Shown here: positions 10,328-18,924 of the stretch, piece after piece
How positions within the stretch are numbered: the stretch's first letter is position 1
Layout: each line of letters starts with the position of its first letter
Assembly: GCA_041655595.1 (NCBI GenBank)
Contig: JBBAFB010000002.1
Location: 1-64,000 of the forward strand
From: Bacillota bacterium
GTDB lineage: Bacteria; Bacillota; DULZ01
Direction: 5' to 3'
Length of the DNA: 64,000 bases
The notes under the pieces: model-generated
Told to the model about the DNA's origin: nothing
Seen by the model: only the letters and a program-made list of their open reading frames with translations
Database searches by the model: none
Position numbers and translations under genes: made by a program

Positions 10328-11248
10328 CTATGGCGTAATGATACTTACCCTTCCTTCACTAATGATCTTCAATTTGTGTTTTCCTTCTCCCCATTTGGCA
10401 CTGCTTCTATAGTATTTTACGCTGTTGCTACCCAAACCTTCCTCCGCGAGATCCTGCTCCTGCCATTGGACTGTACCTTCTAAATAAGAAGCCCTTGGTA
10501 CCAATGTGTTTATTTCTAAATTTTCGTTACTTAGCAGCAAAACATCTACTGAGCCCTGGGAATTAATCAGCCAATCGCTTTCCAAGTTATCCACTTCAAC
10601 TTTCAAATGGTTGTAATTAAGCCCTTCAATTTCCAAGGGCAGGTTTTTCGGAACAACCAAGGTCAGATTGCCGGTGGAGCGGTTAAAATTTGCGGTACTG
10701 CTGTTAAAATCCAACAACAAGATGTTTCCGGTAATATAAGTTTTTAAAATATTTTCCGGCAGCATTTTTTTTGCTTCTTCTTCACTGGAGGCATTTATGC
10801 TGATGTTACCAAAGACTAGCATTTCGTCGGAATCGCCGGTAAGAAGCTTAAGATTTTCTTTAGAACCCATTATCTTTAGCTTCCCTATATCTTCGGGTAC
10901 TACCAAGGTGGTTTCTTCCAAAGGCAGGGTATAGGTCTGCACCAAAAATCGTTCACTAAAGTAATCAAGAACTCCTGTAGTTGTTAAACTATAAAAGCCC
11001 AAGGTGAACAATCCTAAAAAAGCAATAAAGATTACACTCAAAAAATCGTATTTGATGATCATCTGATCCGTTTTGGCAAACTTCAAGTAAATTAGAATTT
11101 CTGACCCCAATAAAATTAAGACTAATGGCCACCAATTAAGTATACTTTTAATAATAGAAAATTGGTTAAATTGCCCAACCAAAAGTATGATTCCCGTTGC
11201 TATCAGCACAAGCCCCATGGATAAGGTGCCTACACGCCACTGTCTCAT
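10328..11248 (-). CDS. membrane protein with N-terminal TM helices and a C-terminal DUF4097/LiaF-like beta-rich domain
   Basis: N-terminal hydrophobic helices, then a repetitive beta-strand-rich extracytoplasmic region. It is the last gene of the ECF sigma operon. Confidence 0.5.
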   Translation of the reverse strand: MRQWRVGTLSMGLVLIATGIILLVGQFNQFSIIKSILNWWPLVLILLGSEILIYLKFAKTDQMIIKYDFLSVIFIAFLGLFTLGFYSLTTTGVLDYFSERFLVQTYTLPLEETTLVVPEDIGKLKIMGSKENLKLLTGDSDEMLVFGNISINASSEEEAKKMLPENILKTYITGNILLLDFNSSTANFNRSTGNLTLVVPKNLPLEIEGLNYNHLKVEVDNLESDWLINSQGSVDVLLLSNENLEINTLVPRASYLEGTVQWQEQDLAEEGLGSNSVKYYRSSAKWGEGKHKLKIISEGRVSIITP

Positions 11249-12018
11249 TCTTCTACCTCCTCGGATACCTGTTTTTTAGTGCCAATTACCAGCTTAATTC
11301 CACCGCCAATAAAGGCCAAGGCCACTAAAAGAGTTTTAATTAGGTTTTGCATTTCCCAGGTAAGGTAGGCCTGAAAAAATTGCTGGCCGATAACTTTTTC
11401 TAATAGGATTAAGCAGCCTGCGGCTATTAAAGCATAGCCGATATATTTTGGTTCTGTAAAAGGCAGTCTAATTTGGCTTTTACCTGTTTCATCTGCTTTA
11501 AATTGCAGGGCCTCAAAAAAGCTATAGACCCAAATTACCGGTAAGATAAAAAGAAAAATACTGAGTCTGACCCAATCTAATAAGAACAAGGAGAGGAAAA
11601 AGGCAGCTAAAAGCTGCACACCTTCTTTTTTATAACCCCAATAAAGATGGCCGGCTCCCGGTAGAATGGAGAAGATCACTGCCAAAGATTTATTTCTTTT
11701 CCCCTCCAAAACATCATTCCATTCTACTAAAACAGAGTGATCATATTCCTTTACACCATCGTAGTTTAGATTGTTTTGGCGTATCAGCCCCAATAGTCTG
11801 GTAGCATCAAAAAGTGAGTAAAGCCAAATAACAGGTAACAATCCAAATAAGATAGCAAGATTATTAAGTCTGGTAAAACCGGCAAAGCCGCCTACGATCA
11901 TCGCCCAACCAGCAAAGCTTAGCATAAATGATAAGCCTCTTTGCATAAACCCTAAATAAAAATGTCCTGCCCCGGGAAAAAACGAAAATAAAATTGTCCA
12001 AAATTTACTTTTTTTCAT
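11245..12018 (-). CDS. polytopic membrane protein with two TM2-like (GxGH[FL]Y[LW]G) motifs
   Basis: PGAGHFYLGFMQRG and PGAGHLYWGYKKEG repeats within hydrophobic helices. Confidence 0.45.
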   Translation of the reverse strand: MKKSKFWTILFSFFPGAGHFYLGFMQRGLSFMLSFAGWAMIVGGFAGFTRLNNLAILFGLLPVIWLYSLFDATRLLGLIRQNNLNYDGVKEYDHSVLVEWNDVLEGKRNKSLAVIFSILPGAGHLYWGYKKEGVQLLAAFFLSLFLLDWVRLSIFLFILPVIWVYSFFEALQFKADETGKSQIRLPFTEPKYIGYALIAAGCLILLEKVIGQQFFQAYLTWEMQNLIKTLLVALAFIGGGIKLVIGTKKQVSEEVEE

Positions 12019-12509
12019 TCTCTAGTAGCCTCCTTATTATCAATCAGTATGTCAATCCAATCCGATGTTTTCTCTACAAGGGTAGAAGACCACCCGCCGG
12101 GTGCTCCTCTGGCCAGTTTAGTCTCTAAAACCGGCAAACCGCCTATCTTTGCCGGTATTTTATCGGTGAAGGCATCAAAATAGCCATTAAAGGTAAAGAA
12201 AACTGCAATGCTGGCGGCAGCGGCGTAATAAAGCAACAAACGAGTTTTTTCAGAAGCTGAAGATTTTGGCGACCCGGAGGCCCGGGGCTGGGATTTTTTA
12301 AAAGCCTTGACGGATTTTAAAATTTGGCTGCTGAAGTTTTCCCGTAACAGGGATTCCGCCTGTTCAACTTCAGATAACTCAATAGTTTGCAAATAGATGT
12401 CTAAGCAAAGATTGCATTGGTATAAATGTTCTTCCATTACAATTTTTTGTTTAGCTTTAATTAAATCATCCTTATAGGCCTGCCACTCGGCTCTGTTATA
12501 ATGTGCCAT
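12015..12509 (-). CDS. anti-sigma factor, zinc-binding (zf-HC2/ZAS-like) with one TM segment
   Basis: HLYQCNLC matches the HxxxCxxC motif, and a hydrophobic helix LLLYYAAAASIAVFFTF follows. The gene overlaps and sits directly downstream of the ECF sigma gene. Confidence 0.6.
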   Translation of the reverse strand: MAHYNRAEWQAYKDDLIKAKQKIVMEEHLYQCNLCLDIYLQTIELSEVEQAESLLRENFSSQILKSVKAFKKSQPRASGSPKSSASEKTRLLLYYAAAASIAVFFTFNGYFDAFTDKIPAKIGGLPVLETKLARGAPGGWSSTLVEKTSDWIDILIDNKEATRE

Positions 12510-13101
12510 CTTTTCCCTCCTCCCAGCTACGTTTTAGTAGTTGTTTAGCCCGGTAGAGCCTGGACTCCACAGTTTTTACCGAAATTTTTTCCTCCTGAGC
12601 AATTTCCACATAAGTTTTCCCTTGATAATAATATTTTTCGATGGTTTCTTGATAAATCGTCGGCAGGCCTTTGCAAGCCTCAAGGAGTTCTGTCCTTTCT
12701 TCCCATTGGAGCTGTACCGTTTCCGGTTGATTTTGGCTGGGATCCCAATCTGTCACCTGCACGTCCATATCTTCAGTTAAGTGTTCAATCTTTTGTGCTG
12801 CATTTTTTCTTTTCCAATCAATTGCTTTGTTTGTGGCAATTCGAGCAAGCCAAGTTTTCAGCCCTTTATGTTGGTATTGGGGAAGGGAACGATAAATCTG
12901 CAAAAAAGTTTCTTGAAGTACATCTTCTGCACTATGTTGTTCCCTAATAATGGGGAAAATCACTGCAAAGAGAAAGGGGCCATATAGGCTAACAAAATCC
13001 ATAAAGGCTTGTTCATCGCCGGCTAGAATTGTCTCGATTAATCGTTCATCAGTAATACGGATCCCCCCTTCCCTAATATTATAGACGAGGAAGATTACCA
13101 A
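12496..13101 (-). CDS. ECF-family RNA polymerase sigma factor (sigma-70 region 2 + region 4)
   Basis: Region 2 (FLQIYRSLPQYQHKGLKTWLARIATNKAIDWKR) and region 4 (GKTYVEIAQEEKISVKTVESRLYRAKQLLKR). The exact start is uncertain. Confidence 0.8.
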   Translation of the reverse strand: MVIFLVYNIREGGIRITDERLIETILAGDEQAFMDFVSLYGPFLFAVIFPIIREQHSAEDVLQETFLQIYRSLPQYQHKGLKTWLARIATNKAIDWKRKNAAQKIEHLTEDMDVQVTDWDPSQNQPETVQLQWEERTELLEACKGLPTIYQETIEKYYYQGKTYVEIAQEEKISVKTVESRLYRAKQLLKRSWEEGKDGTL

Positions 13102-13267
13102 AACCCTGCAAGATTTTATAAGATATTTTAAAATTAAATTTTATCCACAGAGCCTTACCGGAGAACCTATATTTATGAATCATAAAGCTATATTATTTTA
13201 AACCCCCAATTTGACTATGTAACCCGACCATGTTAAAATAATTAGTAGCATAAGCGGCTAATTAATT

Positions 13268-13689
13268 GAGTAAATCAGATGATCGCGGATACCGGTCCGA
13301 AAGGTGGTATCTGAGGAAAGTCCGAGCTCCGCAGGGCAAAGTGCTGGGTAACACCCAGTGGGGGCAACCCTAAGGAAAGTGCCACAGAGATATACCGCCT
13401 GGCACTCAGCCAAGGATTTACGCTCAAGCTACAGAGAATGTTTTTTAATTTATTTGTTATTGTGGTGTAAATGCTTTGCTGAGTGCCAGGTAAGGGTGAA
13501 AAGGTGAGGTAAGGGCTCACCAGCAACCAGGTGACTGGTTTGGCTAGGTAAACCCCACTTGGAGCAAGACCGAATAGAGGAACACAAGAATGGCCCGTTC
13601 AGTTCCCGGGTAGGTCGCTGGAGGCAGTTGGTAACAACTGTCCTAGATAGATGATCATCCAAGACAGAACTCGGCTTATAGATTTGCTC
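13268..13689 (+). ncRNA. rnpB: RNase P RNA, bacterial type A
   Basis: P4 signature GAGGAAAGTCCGAGCTCC, plus GGGCAA..GTAACACCCAGTGGGGGCAACC, ACAGAGA, GGTAAGGGTGAAAAGGTGAGGTAAG, GGTAAACCCCACTTGGAGCAAGACCGAATAG and GAACTCGGCTTATAG, all aligning to the E. coli-type consensus. The P1 stem pairs gagtaaatc (13268-13276) with gatttgctc (13681-13689). Confidence 0.9.
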
Positions 13690-13708
13690 AATTTAATTTT
13701 AAAAATTA

Positions 13709-13736
13709 ACTTCCCAAATTTCGGGAGGTTTTTTTT
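13709..13736 (+). terminator. rho-independent terminator after rnpB
   Basis: cttcccAAATTTCgggagg hairpin followed by eight T residues. Confidence 0.7.
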
Positions 13737-13782
13737 GTTCAAAATGGATTACCGGCTTTCAGCTTGCTGCCTTGAGTTTAAA

Positions 13783-13831
13783 AACAATTGACAAAGCCTT
13801 TTCCATCCTTCATAATTTGAATATAGATTCA
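13783..13831 (+). promoter_or_regulatory. promoter (TTGACA-N17-CATAAT) with a 14-bp palindrome TGAATATAGATTCA as putative TetR operator
   Basis: ttgacaaagccttttccatccttcataat followed immediately by TGAATaTAGATTCA at 13818-13831. The same palindrome recurs at 16956-16969. Confidence 0.55.
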
Positions 13832-13847
13832 TTTTTTAGGAGGGGCC

Positions 13848-14459
13848 ATGGTTTACAGAAAAACCGATAAGGTAGAAGCGAAACAACAGCAAAGGAAAAA
13901 TAGCATTTTGCGGGCCGGCAAGGAAATGTTGGCCGAAGAAGGATATCAAAAAATATCCATTAAAGGTTTAGCGGAAAAGGCCGGTATCGCCACCGGAACC
14001 TTTTATTTGTATTTTACCAATAAGGATAAGCTGGTGGAAAGTATTGCCGATGAAATGTACGAACAGCTAATTGACGAGATTCGGCTGGAAAGGAGCAAAT
14101 ATGCTTCCGTGTTTGAAAAACTTCAAGCGAGTATGCTTGTTTGCGTTAATTTATTTGCCCGAGAAAAACAGCTGGCAAAAATTTTATTAATCCAAGCACC
14201 GGGAATCTCTAAGATCTTAAATTTTAAATTGGTAAACATAGAAAAGGAGCTGGTTCGTTTAGTAAAGATTGACCTGGATGAGCTTATGGAACAAGGCTTA
14301 ATCCCCGGGCAGGATACGCTGATCAGCGCTTGTGCTTTTGTAGGGACCTTCAGGCAAGTGATCATCAGCTGGCTTAGGGAAGGACGGCCACAAAACCTGG
14401 AAAAATCCTTTGAAACGCTACTGGGCTATAATCTGAGGGGATTGGGAAAACATGACTGA
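13848..14459 (+). CDS. TetR/AcrR-family transcriptional regulator
   Basis: N-terminal HTH (ILRAGKEMLAEEGYQKISIKGLAEKAGIATGTFYLYFTNKDKL). Confidence 0.8.
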   Translation: MVYRKTDKVEAKQQQRKNSILRAGKEMLAEEGYQKISIKGLAEKAGIATGTFYLYFTNKDKLVESIADEMYEQLIDEIRLERSKYASVFEKLQASMLVCVNLFAREKQLAKILLIQAPGISKILNFKLVNIEKELVRLVKIDLDELMEQGLIPGQDTLISACAFVGTFRQVIISWLREGRPQNLEKSFETLLGYNLRGLGKHD

Positions 14460-15219
14460 AAATTTTTTGGAGATAACATCCCTAGGGGCCGATTACGGCG
14501 AAAATAACACAAAAACACAAGTATTAAACAATGTCAGCCTGAATTTGGCTAAGAGCAAAATTGGGGTGTTAATCGGTCCCTCCGGCTGCGGAAAAAGCAC
14601 TTTATTAAATATTATTGCCGGCTTAAAAAAAGAGTTTCAGGGGACGGTCTTAATTGATGGTAAAGCACCTGCTTACTACCCCCATACGGCCCTGATTCTG
14701 CAGGACTACGGCCTGCTGCCCTGGAAGACCGTTTGGGAAAATGTGATCCTGGGTTTGAAGATAAAAAAGATGCCCCAAGCCATAATTGCAGATAAGGCAA
14801 AACAGATTCTAGACCAACTAGGACTCTATAAGTTAGCAAGTAGATATCCCAGCCAATTAAGCGGTGGGCAAAGACAGAGAATTGCCATAGCAAGATCTTT
14901 AGTTTTAGAACCTCAGCTGTTATTAATGGACGAACCCTTTTCTTCATTGGATGCCCTTACCAGGGAGGAAATGCAACAGCTCTTGTTGGAGATTTGGCAA
15001 AAAACAAAGCTTACTATCTTGTTGGTTACCCATAATATCGAAGAAGCGGTGTACCTGGGACAGGACATTTTTTTAATGACCGCCCTACCGGGTGCGGTTA
15101 AGGAAAAACTGTGTAACAAGATTGCATCCGGGAAAGGGGCTAGGGAAACTGCCGAATTTTTAGAATTGGTTAACTATATTAGAAGCAGTCTGCATGAGGT
15201 GCAAAATGACGGTTTTTAA
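14452..15219 (+). CDS. ABC transporter ATP-binding protein (nitrate/sulfonate/bicarbonate SsuB/TauB-like)
   Basis: Walker A GPSGCGKST, signature LSGGQRQR, Walker B LLLMDEPFSSLD. Confidence 0.85.
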   Translation: MTENFLEITSLGADYGENNTKTQVLNNVSLNLAKSKIGVLIGPSGCGKSTLLNIIAGLKKEFQGTVLIDGKAPAYYPHTALILQDYGLLPWKTVWENVILGLKIKKMPQAIIADKAKQILDQLGLYKLASRYPSQLSGGQRQRIAIARSLVLEPQLLLMDEPFSSLDALTREEMQQLLLEIWQKTKLTILLVTHNIEEAVYLGQDIFLMTALPGAVKEKLCNKIASGKGARETAEFLELVNYIRSSLHEVQNDGF

Positions 15220-15970
15220 AAAGGGTTTTAAAAATTGGGGAAAATATTTGCTGGCTATTTTTATTTTATTTGTTGGCTGGTGGTTTTTAGCCTTGGCGGT
15301 TGATCATAATGCACTGCCGACACCCAACCACGCTTTTTTGGGTTTTTTAAAAGGTCTAAAAAACGATTTGTTGATTCACCTGGGAGTTAGCCTTTATCGG
15401 GTTATTGTGAGTCTGTCCATTGCCTTGCTAATGGCGGTGCCTTTAGGATTGCTGTTGGGGAAAAATAAAAATCTTGATACCTATATCGCCCCAATTATCT
15501 ACCTTACTTACCCCATACCTAAGGTGGTTTTTATGCCGATTTTTTTTGTGTTGTTAGGAATTGGGGATCTGTCCAAAATTTTATTAATCACCCTAATTGT
15601 TTTTTTCCAAATACTAGTAACAACCAGGGATGCCGCCAGAAATTTGGAAAAGGAATATGTTTTATCCGTTCAATCCTTAGGTGCCGCGGGCTGGAATTTA
15701 TATACCCATGTTTATTTTCCAGGAACCTTGCCGGAAATTTTGACCTCTTTACGGTTAGGGCTGGGAACTGCTATGGCCATTTTATTTTTAACGGAGACTT
15801 ATGCCACTCGCCAGGGGGTCGGTTACTATATAATGGATTCCCTGTCTAAAATGGCCTATATAGATATGTTTGCCGGTATTATTGCCATGTCCCTAATGGG
15901 CTTCACGCTTTACTTGTTAATTGACGGTTTGGAGAAAAAGGTTTGTCTTTGGAAATCCTTAAGCAAGTAA
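15194..15970 (+). CDS. ABC transporter permease (SsuC/TauC family)
   Basis: Six predicted TM helices and the EAA-like loop (TTRDAARNLEKEY); follows the ATPase. Start is probably ATG 15206. Confidence 0.75.
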   Translation: MRCKMTVFKKGFKNWGKYLLAIFILFVGWWFLALAVDHNALPTPNHAFLGFLKGLKNDLLIHLGVSLYRVIVSLSIALLMAVPLGLLLGKNKNLDTYIAPIIYLTYPIPKVVFMPIFFVLLGIGDLSKILLITLIVFFQILVTTRDAARNLEKEYVLSVQSLGAAGWNLYTHVYFPGTLPEILTSLRLGLGTAMAILFLTETYATRQGVGYYIMDSLSKMAYIDMFAGIIAMSLMGFTLYLLIDGLEKKVCLWKSLSK

Positions 15971-16846
15971 ATTATTTAACAGGTAACCAGCTGAATAAAG
16001 GAGGCTGTAAACTAACTCCAGTTGAGCAGTTTTAGCCAAGGTTTTATTTAAAGCTGCTCCCTCCTTAGTATAAATCTCTCTTACTAAAGATATGACTAGG
16101 GGTGTTGCTAAAAAAGGCAACAACAGCCAGGGGGAATAAAATCCAAAAAGTACGGTTAAAACCGGAATGATAAAAGCAAGCGATAAAAATAACAGGTATT
16201 CTCTTTGGGTGGCCCTTTTTCCCAATCTAACAGCCAATGTTTTTTTCCCTGTCTTCGCATCAGTCTTGATATCCCTTAAATTATTGACCACTAAAATAGC
16301 CATAGTTAGAAAACCGACAGGTATGGAGGCCAACCAGACATGGGGGTTAAGGCTCAATGCTTGTACATAATAGGTGCCGCAAACAGCCACCGGACCAAAA
16401 AAAATGAACACAAAAACTTCCCCCAGGCCATTATAGCCTATGGGATAGGGTCCCCCTGTATATAGAATAGCCGAAACAATGGACAAGCTACCAATTAACA
16501 AAATAGGCCAGCCGCCAATTTTAATAAGGTAAAGACCTATAAGAAAAGCAACAAAAAAGGTAAGACCCATTCCTACAAATACTTGCCTTGGTGTTAGTAG
16601 ACCCGCTTGAGTTACCCTTAAGGGTCCCGTTCTTTCTGTAATATCGGTTCCTTTTTTGAAATCAAAGACATCGTTGGCCAAGTTGGAACCTATTTGTAAT
16701 AATAAAGCCGCCGATAAAGCCGCAACTGCCGGCCAAAAACTAAAAAAGCCATTTCCCAGGGCTACTGCGGAACCAACCAGTACCGGTCCAGAGGCGGCCG
16801 GTAGTGTTTTTGGTCTAATGGCCAGCAACCAAGTTTTAAGATTCAA
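15959..16846 (-). CDS. menA: UbiA-family prenyltransferase, MenA-like (1,4-dihydroxy-2-naphthoate polyprenyltransferase)
   Basis: Polytopic protein with MNLKTWLLAIRPKTLPAASGPVLVG at the N-terminus and an NDVFDFKKG (NDxxDxxxD-like) motif. Confidence 0.65.
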   Translation of the reverse strand: MNLKTWLLAIRPKTLPAASGPVLVGSAVALGNGFFSFWPAVAALSAALLLQIGSNLANDVFDFKKGTDITERTGPLRVTQAGLLTPRQVFVGMGLTFFVAFLIGLYLIKIGGWPILLIGSLSIVSAILYTGGPYPIGYNGLGEVFVFIFFGPVAVCGTYYVQALSLNPHVWLASIPVGFLTMAILVVNNLRDIKTDAKTGKKTLAVRLGKRATQREYLLFLSLAFIIPVLTVLFGFYSPWLLLPFLATPLVISLVREIYTKEGAALNKTLAKTAQLELVYSLLYSAGYLLNNLLA

Positions 16847-16944
16847 CGATAAACACCCCTTTTTGATAGTTTAACACATGTCAGGGTTTTTCGTTAACAT
16901 TTTGCAGCAAAGTATTGCTTTATTTTTTTGTTAGGGTTAAACTC

Positions 16945-16976
16945 TTTACAAGAAATGAATTTAGATTCATTTTAAT
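16945..16976 (+). promoter_or_regulatory. promoter region carrying a second copy of the TGAATnTAGATTCA palindrome (16956-16969)
   Basis: tttacaagaaaTGAATtTAGATTCAttttaataaggagg lies immediately upstream of the SBP gene SD. Confidence 0.5.
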
Positions 16977-16990
16977 AAGGAGGTTTGATT

Positions 16991-17950
16991 ATGCGTTCAA
17001 AAAAAATAATAGCTATGGTTTTGTTTTGTTGTCTGGCATTAGCAATTATTACCGGCTGTACCGGCAATAAAAAAAGTGATCAAGACTACGAAAGTTTAAA
17101 GTTGGGGGTTCTTTCCCTAGAGGATATTCTACCTATGGTAGCTGCTACCGAAAAGGGGTATTTTGCTCTAGAAGGTTTGAAAGTGGAATTAATACCTTTT
17201 CAAAGTGCCGTTGAAAGCCAAACTGCCATTCAATCTGGACAAATTGACGGCATGATGACCGATTTAATAGTGGCTGCTTTGTTAAAAGATTCGGGCACGG
17301 ATTTAAAGGTAACTTCTGTAACTCTTGAAGCAACAGATACGATGAGGCGTTTTGCTATCATAGTGCCCCGGCAAAGTGAGCTGGAAACCTTGGCTGATCT
17401 TGTGGGCAAGGAGCTTGGCATTTCTTTTAATTCCGTTATTGAATATGTATCCGATGGGATCTTAAAAGAGGCAGGAGTTGACCCGAAGGAGGTGGAGAAA
17501 GTTGCTATACCGAAGATACCCATCCGTCTGGAGATGTTATTAAATAACAAGATAGCTGCTGCAAACTTACCGGATCCTTTGGCGGAATTTGCCGAGTTGA
17601 ACGGCTGCCGGGTAATAGCAGATGATTTAGGACACAATTTTTCCCAAGCAGTCTTAGTGATGACGGACAAAACCTTAACTACGAAAAAATCTCTTTTAAA
17701 AAAATTCTACCGGGTGTACACTAAAACTGTTCAGGAAATTAACGATGCTCCCCAAAACTACAAGGAGTTAATGATTTCCAATATCAGTATTCCCGAGCCG
17801 ATGATAGCACAATATAGGGTGCCAAATTTTCCTCCGCCCAAATTGCCAAGTTTGGAGGAGGTAACACGAGTTCTGGAATGGTTAAGGGAAAAAGACATGA
17901 TTTCAGACCAGATTACTTACGAGACTTTTGTAGAGAGGGAGTTATATTAA
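16991..17950 (+). CDS. ABC transporter substrate-binding lipoprotein (NMT1/THI5-SsuA-like)
   Basis: Signal peptide plus lipobox (LALAIITGC). Periplasmic-binding-fold length of about 320 aa, with the SD TAAGGAGG 8 nt upstream. Confidence 0.7.
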   Translation: MRSKKIIAMVLFCCLALAIITGCTGNKKSDQDYESLKLGVLSLEDILPMVAATEKGYFALEGLKVELIPFQSAVESQTAIQSGQIDGMMTDLIVAALLKDSGTDLKVTSVTLEATDTMRRFAIIVPRQSELETLADLVGKELGISFNSVIEYVSDGILKEAGVDPKEVEKVAIPKIPIRLEMLLNNKIAAANLPDPLAEFAELNGCRVIADDLGHNFSQAVLVMTDKTLTTKKSLLKKFYRVYTKTVQEINDAPQNYKELMISNISIPEPMIAQYRVPNFPPPKLPSLEEVTRVLEWLREKDMISDQITYETFVERELY

Positions 17951-18543
17951 TGGAAGAGCAGCCGGTCAGTCATTTTTTTGCATATTTGGCCAGAATGAAA
18001 TTAATTAACCGTTGGGGTTTAATGCGAAATACCTTAACAGAAAATATTCAGGAGCATAGCTTGCAGGTAGCCATGGTTGCTCACGGTTTGGCCATTATCA
18101 GAAATGAATTTTTCGGGGGACAAATGGATCAGGACAGGGTGTTGGCTTTAGCAGTTTTCCATGATGCAGGGGAAGTGATCACCGGGGATTTAGCAACTCC
18201 AATAAAATATTTTAACCCGGAAATTCACCAGGCTTACCAATCAATTGAAAAGGTTGCCAAAGAAAAGCTTCTTCGTTTGTTGCCCTCCAAATTAAAAAAT
18301 GCCTACAAAAGATACTTTTTGATCGGTGAGGAGGACATGGAGTCCTGGCAGCTGGTTAAAGCCGCAGATAAAATTTGTGCTTATTTAAAATGCCTTGAGG
18401 AGTTAAAGAGCGGTAACGAAGAATTCAGCAAGGCTAAGCAGGTAATCGAAAAGGAACTGCAAGAGAATCCCCTGCCCGAAGTTAATTATTTTTTAAAAGT
18501 CTTTGTGCCAAGCTTTATGCTAACAATAGATGAGCTTAATTAA
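17950..18543 (+). CDS. HD-domain 5'-deoxynucleotidase (YfbR-like)
   Basis: QEHSLQVAMVAH...FHDAGEVITGDLATP HD motif. The ATG overlaps the upstream stop (TAATG). Confidence 0.7.
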   Translation: MEEQPVSHFFAYLARMKLINRWGLMRNTLTENIQEHSLQVAMVAHGLAIIRNEFFGGQMDQDRVLALAVFHDAGEVITGDLATPIKYFNPEIHQAYQSIEKVAKEKLLRLLPSKLKNAYKRYFLIGEEDMESWQLVKAADKICAYLKCLEELKSGNEEFSKAKQVIEKELQENPLPEVNYFLKVFVPSFMLTIDELN

Positions 18544-18546
18544 CCC

Positions 18547-18801
18547 TTAGGCCCGGGGATTAGTTTTTAGCTGGTTTTTTGTAGGGTAAGGCTCTTTTTT
18601 ATCTGTTCTATTTACAAGGTAGTCAATACTGGTTTCAAATAAACAGGCAATCTTATCAAGGGTAGGTACGGGAATATTTAGATAACCCAGCTCATAATCG
18701 GAATAAGTTGTTTGATGGATATTTAACAGCTTTGCCATTTGAGCCTGGGTAATTTTTTTGTCCTCTCTTAAAGTGCGAATTCTCTCATACAAATCAACCA
18801 C
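18547..18801 (-). CDS. XRE-family helix-turn-helix transcriptional regulator
   Basis: 84-aa protein containing ITQAQMAKLLNIHQTTYSDYELG. Confidence 0.75.
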   Translation of the reverse strand: MVDLYERIRTLREDKKITQAQMAKLLNIHQTTYSDYELGYLNIPVPTLDKIACLFETSIDYLVNRTDKKEPYPTKNQLKTNPRA

Positions 18802-18924
18802 CTCAACCTAATTATGCCGTAAATCATAGCAATCATTGACTTTTAAGGGTTATTCCCTTACACTAATAATTAAACATAATGATGTCTACTCTAAATGATT
18901 GGTATTCAAAGTGGGGGGGCCAAC

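Noticed and set aside
13275-13662. Two minus-strand ORFs (13275-13526, 13450-13662)
   Set aside because: They lie entirely within the RNase P RNA gene on the opposite strand, so they are artefacts of the six-frame scan.
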